A DNA stretch of 64,000 bases from Oikopleura dioica (lineage: Eukaryota > Animalia > Chordata). Below are positions 37,398 through 49,462 of this stretch, one piece after another (positions within the stretch are counted from its first letter, which is position 1; each line of letters starts with the position of its first letter). The translations under genes were made by a program, and so were the position numbers. The stretch spans positions 12,214,001 to 12,278,000 of the forward strand of contig OU015567.1 in assembly GCA_907165135.1 (NCBI GenBank), written 5' to 3'. The notes beneath the pieces are model-generated. The model was not told where the DNA came from. It saw only the letters and a list, made by a program, of their open reading frames with translations, and searched no databases.

Positions 37398-38034
37398 ATG
37401 AAACTTTACGGAGCTCTCATCGCTTTTGCTGCTGCTCAGGTAACCAAAATGAAACAATTGACTCGATTTTGAATGAAAATGATGAAACCGGCGATGAAAA
37501 TAAAGCATCAAATTGAACTTTCTTCAAAAGTCTAATTCCTAGTACGATACCTACTCCATGTTCGACCCTTCAACATCCGAGGAAATTTCGGCGGAACGAT
37601 CAAGGAGATCAGGGGATCATGCATGCTCTGCAACGTTGAAGGAGCCACTGGAGGTGAAGCCTACGAAAAGTGCCTTGCTCAAGCCAAGTTCGTTCGATGC
37701 AGAGATGACCACGCCAATCCAGAAGACACTCACGAGCCCAACGTTTGCATGGTGGAGGAGCGACGCAATAACGGACGAACTCAGCTCAACATTCGATGCC
37801 AAGAAAAACAAGCTTGCAAAAGAGACGTGGAGCAGAACAAAGGACAGTGCAAAGTTCCAGGAGCTAAAGATCGTAAGTTTCAATTTCATATGCAATATTC
37901 TTAAATTTTTCCAAGGAAATGGCATCGAAAAGGCCTCGACCTGCCGAAAATGCCATGCTTACGGTAAGATGGCTCTTCGAACAATCCAGCAGGGCAAAAG
38001 GAACGACCTCAGATACTCGCGTTGGTTCCAGTGA
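37398..38034 (+). CDS. Small secreted Cys-rich protein (possibly oikosin/house-protein-like)
   Basis: Signal exon MKLYGALIAFAAAQ; domain CMLC...KC...RC...VCMVEERR...RCQEKQAC...QN...QC|...STCRKC. The exon 2 acceptor is ambiguous. Confidence 0.6.
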
Positions 38035-38278
38035 AAATTTCCTGTCTTTTGATCGTTTTCTCTCACCTTCTCTGCAAATAAATTCTCCTCATAAATAACA
38101 ACATTGCTTGAAATTTGGTTCAATGTCTGTAAGACAGTATTCATTGTGAAGAAATTGTGATTTAAAACGTCTAGAAAAAATGCGCATAAAAAATTTCAAT
38201 TTTTTGCCATTTTTCGAGAACTTCATTTTCTTAGAAAAAAGACGGTATTTATAATCGTCAGTTGACGAAAGAAAAGAG

Positions 38279-39290
38279 ATGGCGCAGGAACTGTACGGGT
38301 TAATGGAGAAATACTTTGACGATGTATGTATTCGTTATTCGTTACAGATAGTTTTTAGAATTATGGACACCTCGTGATGGGGCGACTTATGTTAACGAAT
38401 CAAATAATATTATTTCTTAGCATTTGGATCTCAAGCTTAGGACTGACAAGTACGTTTACGAGCATGCTCAACTTGCTCTCCTCTATCTGAAGCTCTGTCG
38501 CGAGAATATGTGCACGGATGTGAATGAAATGACCGATTTGGACTTCGAGCGGGAACAGTTGTTGTGCCACTATGAGGAAGCAATCAAGAAGGGAGTGGAA
38601 GAAATTGTCTTCTCGAAAGAGAAGACTATTACTCTTCTCATCAAGCTGGTAAAGGCGCATAAGAAAAGCGGTATTGAGGAATTTTTAGAGGAAGCACTTT
38701 GTCTCAATCTGCAATAATCTCCACGAGATCTGCGAAGAAATCATGAAAGAGATTGAGGGAAAAGTTTTCGACAAGAAGGAATGTCTGGAGAAAGAAGTGT
38801 TTGTTTAGGAAGGATACTAAGAATGATTACCGAATTATTATAAATCGGATTTCTACCTTTTCAGAATGGCATCTGAGGATGAGAAACGAGCGATTGTTCG
38901 ACGACTAGCGAGAAAGACTATCCAGCTAGTGAAGATGACCTTGAATGTACTCGATTGTTCGATCTGGCGAGGCAACCAGCCGATCGAGAGGTTCCAAAGT
39001 TCCTCTCTCTACATTCGCCTCGGGAACCAGTTGACTATCTTCGACAGCGTCCTCGATGCAGCGCTTGTGGAAATGGAGGTAGAACAAGATCAACGATCTG
39101 TAAGTCCTTCCAAAGAATTCGTTTTGTGAAATATATTTTTAGCGACATTTTCTCGGCGCTGTCTGCCGACGAATCTTCTGTGAATGCATGGGTATTACCG
39201 CCAAACTCTTGCAAATCGCGCCCGCTGAAGTCTTTCGACGAGCCGACTAATATTAGAACCGAACGAAAAAAGTATTTATGAATTTGAACT
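38279..39290 (+). CDS. Hypothetical helical protein (one gene or two adjacent cistrons)
   Basis: Coding-like exons MAQELYGLMEKYFDD|HLDLKLRTDKYVYEHAQL... and MASEDEKRAIVRRLARK... with GT-AG sites. Confidence 0.45.
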
Positions 39291-40047
39291 GCCATTTATC
39301 GCCAATAAACTTCAAAAGTATATAAAATATGTCGATCTTTATTTGTACTGCCTTGAACATCTGAGCTTTTTTCTTTTCGGTATGACGCTTACTCAATGTT
39401 CTACCCTTCAACGTCGGACTACGAGTACGACAATTACAACCCGAACTTTGAGGAAACTCAAAGCCTAACCCGAGCATCGACCCGAACTGCGAGGATGATG
39501 AATGCTCTGTAACGTAGAAAGAGAGACTGAAGGCAAAGCATACACAAAGTGCCCTGCTCAAGTTTGCGTTTTTCAATTTCGCAAAAATAGAAGATTTTTA
39601 ATTAGAACAAGCAACAATTTTTAAACCTTATTTTCTATAGTAAAAAAAAACGATTTCATTTGTCTTTGTATTAAAAGTTTATTGCACCGAAGTTATTGTA
39701 TTTATTCTGATAAATTTCATGGTCAGAACATATTCGCCTTGAATTTAAGGTTTTGAAAATGTCGTCATAAGTCTGGAAAATCTTTCTTTGGCAAAAGGGA
39801 TAAATGATTATAATTTTTGAATACTGTCCACTATTTAAATGGCTTACAGTCAAATGATTGCATTTAAACTTTTAAAAAATGAATTACAAGGTATTCGGAA
39901 GAAAGTTGCTACAGAAAAGGATTAGCGATTCATAAGGCACTTGGGGAGCAAAAATGAGAGGTAAGAAAGAGTTGTCACAGAATGAAAAATATCAAAATAA
40001 AAACCCGAAAAAGTCTCAACGACTAATTCGGTAAAGCATTTATCAGG

Positions 40048-40350
40048 ATTTCTTTCCAGGCTTCCAGTTCGTAAACTTGCGTCGGAGGAAAATGTAGAAT
40101 ACTTTTTTAAGAGTTCCCGGATTAAAAAATTCCTGATTATTGATGATCTTGATTGAAATCTCTGTTTGGCAAATTGCGTCAATTTATGTGAAAAATAAAT
40201 CTCGGAACTCGACCTAAAACAAGCATGAGCGCTGACATCAGGACGTCCAGGTTTTGCATCAAGAGCCACATGAAGTCTTTGACATCAGTGTACCAGGCGT
40301 TGTATTTGTTCTTATACGCAGCCTTGCCATAACTCTTTTTATATCCCTAA
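40048..40350 (-). CDS. Possible small single-pass membrane protein (partial)
   Basis: Exon GYKKSYGKAAYKNKYNAWYTDVKDFMWLLMQNLDVLMSALMLVL flanked by AG/GT, then YIFLRRKFTNWKPGKKS*; start not found. Confidence 0.3.
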
Positions 40351-41295
40351 AAACTCGTAAGAAGAAACGCCTCTAAAAATACTCAAGTATAAAGAAAGAT
40401 ATCGACTGATAATATGATTGCTCTACCTTCGAACCCATCTCGATTATCAGCCAATTCTAAAATGAGAAATTAAGACGCCTGTTTTTTGATATTTTTTATG
40501 AATTGTGAACATAGTTTTCGAAAAATAAAAGTAAAAGAATGGTCGAAAACAAGCAATTTTCTGAGAGGCTGGAGCACAGCTCAGCAGTGCCCAGAAAGTT
40601 TTATCAAAACGGTGAAAGCATTTTCATAAAAAGCAAACTTAAAGTTTTACGTTTCAGTTATGAGTGATAATATGTTATTATATAATAAGCGGTTTTTGGA
40701 TAAATGGAAAAAGGAAGGATGAACCTTTCGTCATCCGCGATTTTTTTAAATCTTTATTTTGCTCTACTACAAACGAACATCACACAGAGAGAGAAAGTAA
40801 GAAATTCAAGAGCTGGGAATTCATATTCGGAGGGAGGAGAATATAACGCAAAGCAGCTGGATTGGAAAAACGAGGAGTTCTAGCTCTTGGAATCAAAATG
40901 AGCTAGGGATAATTGATTCTCTTCGTCCTGTTTTGCGACAATCAGTGAATTCATGATTTTTGTTTTTCCAAATAGTTTTTTTTTTATAAGAAAACGGATA
41001 AGGCATAAAATGGGAAAAACACACCTTTGAAGTAATTTACAGAGAGTGAAATGCCAGAACGAGCGAAGAAGCAGGTGGGCCAAATTTTCTACCAGTGAAA
41101 GAAAGGGTTGAATTTCGACCCCTTTTCTGGTTGAATAATGGCAAGTTTTTTAGAAGAGTACAAGAAGATCTTTTTTTTTTGCAGTAGAAGAAAATTCGGT
41201 GAAAACCAAAAATAGTAAAATGAAAAAAGCAAGAAGCTGTTGGGTTTAAAATTGAACTTGAGAAAAGTTTCAGCTTTTCAAAAAAGAAAAATCAG

Positions 41296-41942
41296 TCAGG
41301 CTGAGGAAAGGGAAGCTTGGAGTCCAGATTCGACCGGAGCCATGCAGGTTGGGCAGGTGAAAGATCTGAATAGCGGGGTTACGAGATGGAAAAAGGGTCG
41401 ACAGCTACCGGATCAACCAATCGTCGACGCATTTGGCGTGGTAGAAGTGAACGCAGGGCAAGTAGCGGATGGGCACGCCTTCTTCAAAGTCTTCAAAGCA
41501 AATCGCGCACTCTTCCGATCCTTTTTCTTCTTTTGTCCACTTTGTGATCTACGCAAATTTAGATTCTAAGACACCTGGATGCAACTTACGGGTAGATATT
41601 GAATCATTCCGAGTCGTTGAGCAACGGCAATTTGTTCTCCTTCCGAAAGATTGCTCACCATCACATTCGCGCCTAAAATTTTAATGACAAATTGATTTGA
41701 CCTTTTTTCTAACCAAAGTGAAAGTACTGCGTCGCGTCTGGCACTACAGGCGGTTCCCTGGCATACTGTTGCTGGCGTCTACGATTACGCCAGCCTCTTT
41801 GCCTTCTCTGTCGATTTCCTCCCTGTCGCGAGCTTCTCTGTTGTGCATTCTCTTGTTGTGCTGGAACCGGTGCGTCGCCTAAGTTTTCGCTATCTATTAG
41901 ACTTTCATCGTCGGAGGCTTCCGATCGTAAACAGTTTCCCAT
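41296..41942 (-). CDS. RNF11: RING-H2 E3 ligase RNF11-like
   Basis: MGNCL myristoylation-type start, LSEGEQIAVAQRLGMIQYLP, ECAICFEDF...RYLPCVHFYHAKCVDDWLIR|SFTCPTCM. Confidence 0.92.
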
Positions 41943-43730
41943 TTTTATCCGTTTTTTTCAAGTCCGTGTCTCTTTTTTCTGAAAAAAGGCTGTTATTTGC
42001 GATGAAAAATGAAAGAAGCGAGAAGTGAAGGACAGTCATGTGGGCAGAATGTCTGATTGGGAATTATTCACGTGAGCGACGCTACTTGCAGGTGACATAC
42101 AGACACATGCAAAAGTTTTACAGGGCAAGAGAAGAGATTAATCGAGACTTTAGTTAAAAATAACAATAATACTGTAATTCAACAGATTTTAACTGACCCA
42201 ATTATCTGACTGCTCGTTTGCTTATTGTCAATTATTACGGTGTCAATAGTAATGTCTACTGTCTACGCTAACTGTCGCCATTATCTACAAATAGTGGCAA
42301 AAATAACAATTCAAAGATCTCTCTTGGCAATCTTCTGTTCCTTCTGAACAAGGAAAAAGACAGAATCAATTCTGATTATTGATTCTGTGTGAAAAGCGGC
42401 TCCTGGCTAAAAAGGGAGGGATTCTCTGGGCACAAGCGTCGGGGAGAATAATCTCTTCTGGCATCTGCCTCATCAGCTGTCGGCGACCCAAAAATGAATG
42501 CTTCTGTGGGTAGCCTCCTAGGGCGCAACTTGAATTTGGAAGAAGAAAAGAATTGGATTCGCAATAAAAAGAAAGAAAAGGAATTATCTTTTAATGAAAA
42601 TTGCGAACGGTGGAAAAAACGCATTACGGCCCTTTCAATTGAAGTTCAAACACCGTTCTCTCGTAAAAAATGAAGAAAAAATGGACTCTATCGAACTCAT
42701 TATTTGATGATTCTCGTGACCTCATCGCGTGAATGATTGTTGAAACAAAATAACAAAATGTAGAAAAATAAACTAACACGACCTTGAAATGAAAAAGAAA
42801 AGGTATTGTAACAGACGCGCTTCTGGCAGATCTAATTTGAGAAGATAAACCCTCTTAACCAAGGCGTGTTGTTTCGGGTCCAATTGGGGTTAAACCTTCT
42901 GATTAGAGGTCATCCTGTTCGCTCTACTGGGCTAACAGTGGCTTACAGTAATCGCAGGGCTTGGCAGAATGTAAAGAAGGGGAACTATCTCTGGATCTCC
43001 CGGAGAGGGGCTTTTGAACTTTTTCTCTAGGCTTTGGAGAGATCCCCTGGAAGAGCGCTTTTAGATTGAGTCGTAAAAAGCCGCTCTCTGAAAGGCAATC
43101 TTCAGCTGGAAACTCCCGCTCCAGACAATTTAGCCTATTTAGCCACCCTTTTTCCTGCCATAAAATGTCTCAATCATCTTGTAATGAAGTTGACTCAAAT
43201 AGTTATACTGTCTGCTCGACAAAAAGACAGGTCTTGAACTAATAACATTAGTTCGAAAAGCGTAAAAACCAGGATGATCTTCTACATCGACAATTGTTAA
43301 AAATTTCCTTCTTTTTTTTTGCTCCTTGTCCCTTGAGAGGGCGAAAAAAGTATAGATCGAACCACCTAAGATGGGAGATAGACACGTGCCCTGTTGGCAA
43401 CAGGCCAAAAGCAACTTTGACTTCAATAGGATCATCATCCCTTCCATAAATTATACACAAAGATATGTCTTGTTCTAAACAAAAATATATAGACACAGTG
43501 GCAGTAAATAAAGGGAATCGATTAAATTATATTTGAAATCTTGACACTTGTAATTTCCGCTGAAAATGAACTTTTCTTCTACCCTGGTTCACACCAAACT
43601 CGTGAAAAAACACGCCTTTGTCAAGACTGCACACGATTTTAGCAAATTCAAGCGCTAGAAATTTGATTTACGGGCACCTTTTACCAGTAATAATTCTTGG
43701 TTTTTCGATAAAAATTGAAGAATAAAGTTG

Positions 43731-44230
43731 NNNNNNNNNNNNNNNNNNNNNNNNNNNNNNNNNNNNNNNNNNNNNNNNNNNNNNNNNNNNNNNNNNNNNN
43801 NNNNNNNNNNNNNNNNNNNNNNNNNNNNNNNNNNNNNNNNNNNNNNNNNNNNNNNNNNNNNNNNNNNNNNNNNNNNNNNNNNNNNNNNNNNNNNNNNNNN
43901 NNNNNNNNNNNNNNNNNNNNNNNNNNNNNNNNNNNNNNNNNNNNNNNNNNNNNNNNNNNNNNNNNNNNNNNNNNNNNNNNNNNNNNNNNNNNNNNNNNNN
44001 NNNNNNNNNNNNNNNNNNNNNNNNNNNNNNNNNNNNNNNNNNNNNNNNNNNNNNNNNNNNNNNNNNNNNNNNNNNNNNNNNNNNNNNNNNNNNNNNNNNN
44101 NNNNNNNNNNNNNNNNNNNNNNNNNNNNNNNNNNNNNNNNNNNNNNNNNNNNNNNNNNNNNNNNNNNNNNNNNNNNNNNNNNNNNNNNNNNNNNNNNNNN
44201 NNNNNNNNNNNNNNNNNNNNNNNNNNNNNN
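43731..44230. other. Assembly gap (500 N)
   Basis: Run of N. Confidence 1.
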
Positions 44231-45837
44231 AATAACCTGATATTTTAGTCAGTCAATTATAAAAAGAATTTTCAACTGAAGAATGCAGGCCTCCTACAAA
44301 ATGAGAAATCCCCTTGTTTCGTTCGAAATAATCACAGAAAATGCTAAATGCTTCATGCATATTTGTTTCGAGCAATTTGAATACCCAAAAGGATGAATAC
44401 TAGCGCGACATGTGCATGTCAGTGTTTGTCCGGCTGCCAAAAACAAGACTCCCGTCTAATTCTGGCTTGGGCGCTAATTTCAACACTGAAAATGTGCAAA
44501 ATCGCTTGCTTGGTATGTTTGCACCAATTTCGCGTGTTCCACCGCCGCCACTCCGTCGACTACAATCTCGACCGCGATGCGTACAGCGCAAACCAGGCCT
44601 TCATGGCGCCACCGGATCGCCCGCTAATTGAAGGGATTACTAGGGATTATGATATTTCAACTTGTTTTTCTCAGATGTTAAAGTTTTCAGTAAAAGGAAG
44701 TAAAAAGATTATACAGTAACAAAGGAGTCTAGTCCGCAAAAACGGAACCGGAAGAAATTCAGGATCTTCCATATAAATAAACTCCTCAACAAAACGCTTT
44801 GTAAACTCGAGTCACCTGAACCTGTCCCCTCTTTTGAAGCAGTGGGTCGAGTGTGTTGAGGCCCGGTCGGTTTGTATTGTTTGAGATGGTTTTGGACATT
44901 CCAACGGCGACCAGGCACTTGACGTCGCCTTCTTTTAATTCAAATTCGCCACCGCCTCAAGAATTCCACAGATGAACCAATTAGGCCTTCTCCTCATATG
45001 AGATTGTACGAGGATTTGTACTGGTGAACTTGTACTGGGACATTCTTGTGGCTTTCTTTATTAGCAGGGTAGATTTTTATACCACGAAGATGATAAAAGA
45101 CCATCCGTTAAAAGCGAAGAACTTTAGTAAAAGAATTAGATTTTATTAAAATTTGACTTTTTCAACTTTATATTTTTATATCAATCAAGAAACTACAGGA
45201 ACAGTGCTAGTAATTTTCAAATTGGTTTGTTACGGTAGAGCAATTTCTTGGCCCGTAATTACAAATGCTTTGGCGTACTGGCGATTCTCGGGCTGGTGCT
45301 TGCCTGCGTGGTGGTGGTGCATTCCATTGTGCAGTGGCGCTCTTTGCTCCGCCAATGAGCAGCCAGCCATGGCGCGTACTGTACGACTGATTAGAATACC
45401 GATGGGCTCAGCAGGAGCTTATCGCTTTGAGTAAAAAACGATTGAACTTCGCCGGGGGAAAGTTACTTTGCGAAATGGAATATCCGCTGTGGGCGGAATA
45501 ACCTGCCGATTTTCCAGGCACAGCTTATCGACAATTTGGCTTGATTTGAATCTAGGCGATAAAATTCATCTCCGGTTGGTGGTGGTGACTTTTCAAAGAT
45601 CAAAAAAGAATACCGACTCAAACTTCTACTTGTAGATCGATCACTTTTTCTTATAAACGGCAGCGAGAATTATTGTCATTTCTACGAAAACACAATCAAA
45701 CGGCAAAAGATCGTCCGATAGACAGAGCAAACTTGGAGGACCCATCTCTTTGGCGACAATTTCGCTGCCGTATTAATCGCTTTTCACCGAACGGTGACTT
45801 ATTCTGCAAGAATATTTTGAGAATAGCATTTCGAGAG

Positions 45838-46354
45838 ATGAGCAACGCTGAGCACGCCCGCCGATCCACCCCTGTCATGCTCCGAGATGGCAGCGTTGAA
45901 AAGGGTGGTGATGGTCTCGCCCCTGCTTTCAACAGCAAGAGCGAACGAGCTCCGAAACTAGGAGAGCTGAAGAAGAGAGAGGCCGAAAAAGGTAATAGTT
46001 GATATGAGGACTTTTTCGTAAATTCTTTCTAGGTGAAATCTTCATGTCGACTGATGTCGACGAAGACAACAGCTTCACCTTTGGCAACGCTAGTCCGGTC
46101 GAAAGAAAATTTACACCGGCCAATGTAAGTACCAAAACGTCCATCTCAAAAGCAGTGGTTCAAATTATTCTCAGAAACGCGCCCCGCGTCTCGGTGATCT
46201 CCCGAAGACGCCGTCGATCGCGAAGGGTGACAAGCTTGTTCTCATGTCGATCGAGATTGACGAAGAACAAAGCTTCGATTTTGGCGAAGAAAGCTCCATC
46301 GAAGGCGAAGCGAACAACGCGACCGCCGTTCAAGCTGGTGACGTTTCGCTCTGA
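45838..46354 (+). CDS. Small acidic protein with two internal repeats, 3 exons, unknown family
   Basis: In-frame GT-AG joins give RAPKLGELKKREAEKGEIFMSTDVDEDNSFTFG and RAPRLGDLPKTPSIAKGDKLVLMSIEIDEEQSFDFG. Confidence 0.65.
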
Positions 46355-49300
46355 GCAGCTGCGATCTTCTGCCAAAATCACAATAATAAATCAGAGTTCA
46401 ACTTCTGTTTTCTTTACGAAACCTGTTTCTTTTAATTTGAAGCAAAACGCTCATGAAAAAAATATTCAATTAATTTATAACAAAAGAGTGCTTCTTCGGA
46501 ATGAGTCGACATCCGGGCTTGACACCTTTTTCGCGCTGATTGAAATCGCGCACTCGAGGTGCAAGAGCGGTAAACACAATCAGAAATTGCAACAAGGGCC
46601 CAAATATTATGACATTGTCGAGCTTGGAAAACGATAAATAAAAACACTTCCACTTTCTCATAAGGAAGTCGGCGGCGAGTTTCAAAGGCAAAAAAGGGGC
46701 GAATTTGTAGCCGGATTCAGAAAACAGGTTTTAGAGGACCATCGAGAATTCCTTCGACAAAAGAAAAGTTTGTTGAATTTCAAATTTGCATCTCAAAGCT
46801 TTTGAGACTTATTCTTGGCATTTTTGCTGGAGGTTTTTATGGTCTTTTTAATGCATATTTATCAGAAAAGACTTGTTTTTATGAACATTTTACTACCTCC
46901 GCAATTTAATATATACCACATTTCCTAGCCTAAATCAAACAAGCGTAAATTAATCTTCAGAATTACTAACCTTTGGCAGATCAAGTTTACCTTCTTACAA
47001 GATTTATCTGACAAAGAATGCAATTAGTCACATTGAGCCTTCCCTGGCAATGTTATCTTGAATACCTTGACGGAACTATTTATCCATCGGAAGCGCCAAA
47101 ACTGACCCTCAACGTGTTTCAGAAAATCTTGGCATTTGGCTGGTTATGAGAAAAAATGTGAAAAAATTTGGAGCACATGTGCACCGGGCGTTGCATTGAA
47201 CGTGGAATGCCATTTATTTAGGAGTTCGGAACTGGAATCTCGCTCAGAATTCCCAAAAGCATACCGACCTGCCGCAGACATCGCTTTCTTACGACACGCG
47301 CCTCTCCCTATCCATCAAAATTCGTCCAGACCACGGCCTCTAAGTGACGAGATTTTATGACTACCGGTACCTGACCCAGATAGAAATGAGCTGCAGGACT
47401 ATTTTTGTAGAAATACCTCAGCCTAAAGTCCTTAGGGAGCTAAGTTTTTCTTTAGCGCTCTACTTCTACCTATTTTTTCCAACAGTTTGCCTATTTATTA
47501 GTATTGAGAACTTGAAAGCTAGTTTGTCAATGTCTCTTTTCCAAATAATGTTCGAATTCCTCCCCTTGCGTCGGTAAGAGATCTGTAATTTTGGTTTTCT
47601 GATGGTATCTTCTCCGAAACGCTCCGTTTCTGAACTTTGCCAATTTGTTGCTTGATGTGGTAACCACCCAAAACGCCAATTTTCAGCTCTAAACAGATTC
47701 AAGACTGTTATTGTCATGTGATGACTGGTGTATTCACACTTTTCTTGGTAAAACTACGGATCAACAGTCAATTTGACGGCCTTGAAAGTTTCAAGTTGAA
47801 ACTACCACTGGTACTCTTCACAAATTCATGTGCTAAACATCTTGTGGAAATCTCTAGAGCAGAACTGTTTTCTTCCCAGCAATCCGTATAAAATTCGATC
47901 GCTTTTAGGACTTGAAAATCTAAAACTTCCTTTTCATCCTCTTCTCTAGAAGCCCGCAGTGTTTTGTTCCCACCAATCCCTATATAAAGCCCCGAAAAAA
48001 TTTTTTCCTCATTCCGGACAGACGATGTCCACCAAGAGTGGTTCGAAACATCCAACGAAGAAACCGCGCCTGCTTACCTGACCAAGCTGCTCCCAATTTT
48101 CAATTACAAAATGAAGAAGGAACAAAAACCGACTGGATACACATCAAACTTATCCTATCCTCCTGACCGGTCAAAGTATTCTATTTAGCCCTTTTTAGGG
48201 CTATAAATTCAAGCTAAAATTATAAGAAAAATAATATTTGTCTTCACTTGAAGTTCACGAGAATTCTTCTGTCTCCGAAGCAGGCCCCTTGTCAGGGCGC
48301 GTTTTTTGGGCAATACTATCTGCTAACCCCCAATTAGTGCCTTTAGAAGTCGTTAATGAAATTCCTCTGCGTGTGTAAGCGGGTTCATGAGAAATTTTTG
48401 GGAAATTTCGCAAAATTTTTCTTCACATTGTGAGACATTCTGGCATGCAATTGGTGCGCATTCTACGTGCAAGCGCATCCAAGGTCAATCGTAATCCACC
48501 CGCCAAGTTATGCACCAAGATTGACACCTGGAATCCGCTCAAATTATTATTTTTGCGCAAGGCGTTAAATATATTTCACCGCTGCTTTTGCGCCTTCCTT
48601 CTTTCTATCAGCCCTGAGAATTTCGCACGGCCGATAATGAGCGGGAATCGATCATCCCTCCTTTTCGTAAATGTTGAGCTCGCTCAGATGCGAAAAATGA
48701 TGGATGGCGCTGGACGCGCATGCAGCTGCTGGCGACCAACCATTCGGCTGAGCAGCCAGAATTCGCACCAACTGTAATACATCTCTTTTACTTACTCTCC
48801 GTGATGGAATAATTGGAGGAAGGGTTGAGCTACTGGGTAGTTTCTCCGATTTGGCGGGTGATTTTCGCAGAACTAGCCAGACTCGGCGCCCACCAACGAA
48901 GTTATGATTCAATCAGTCTCGATGAAAGTTAAAATAAATTATAACTGTAAAAATAATCCATTGAACTGACTTAAAATTAATGTTTCCTCCCCATATATTC
49001 AACTCTTATCAATAATTATCAACCTTTTAAAAATCGTCTTCTTTTCAGTGTGTCGCTAAATTATATATTATTTCATGAAATACTCTTCCGAAGCTAAACA
49101 GTAGTTCCAATAAAAAAAAAGTTATAATCACCTTCATTAGACTCTGATGACGACTACGAACTTCGCTCAGTGACCCCACCGAGCGGCGTCGAATCGTCAA
49201 CCCCTTTTCTTGCCTGACTCCGTTTCGTGGACAGCGCCACCTCTCGGCGCGGCGTCCCCATCCAACAGTAGGCTCCAGCCGCCCTCACCACAATTCTCCT

Positions 49301-49462
49301 CTACAGATTCCTCAAATCTTTTAAATTCAAACAAAATTGTTTTTTTTTTTGATCATCCTTTCGCAAACATACAGATATCCTTACTAACAGTCACCACCAG
49401 AGATTGCCAAAAAGATTGAAAATAAAAGCTCAACCTTTTAACAAGAGCGAGATAAAAAAGAT

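Noticed and set aside
42840-43130. GC-richer stretch considered as a structured ncRNA (RNase P/MRP, telomerase RNA)
   Set aside because: No diagnostic P4 or template motif recognised; could be coding or TE debris.
43715-44248. ORFs of poly-X
   Set aside because: Artefacts of the N gap.
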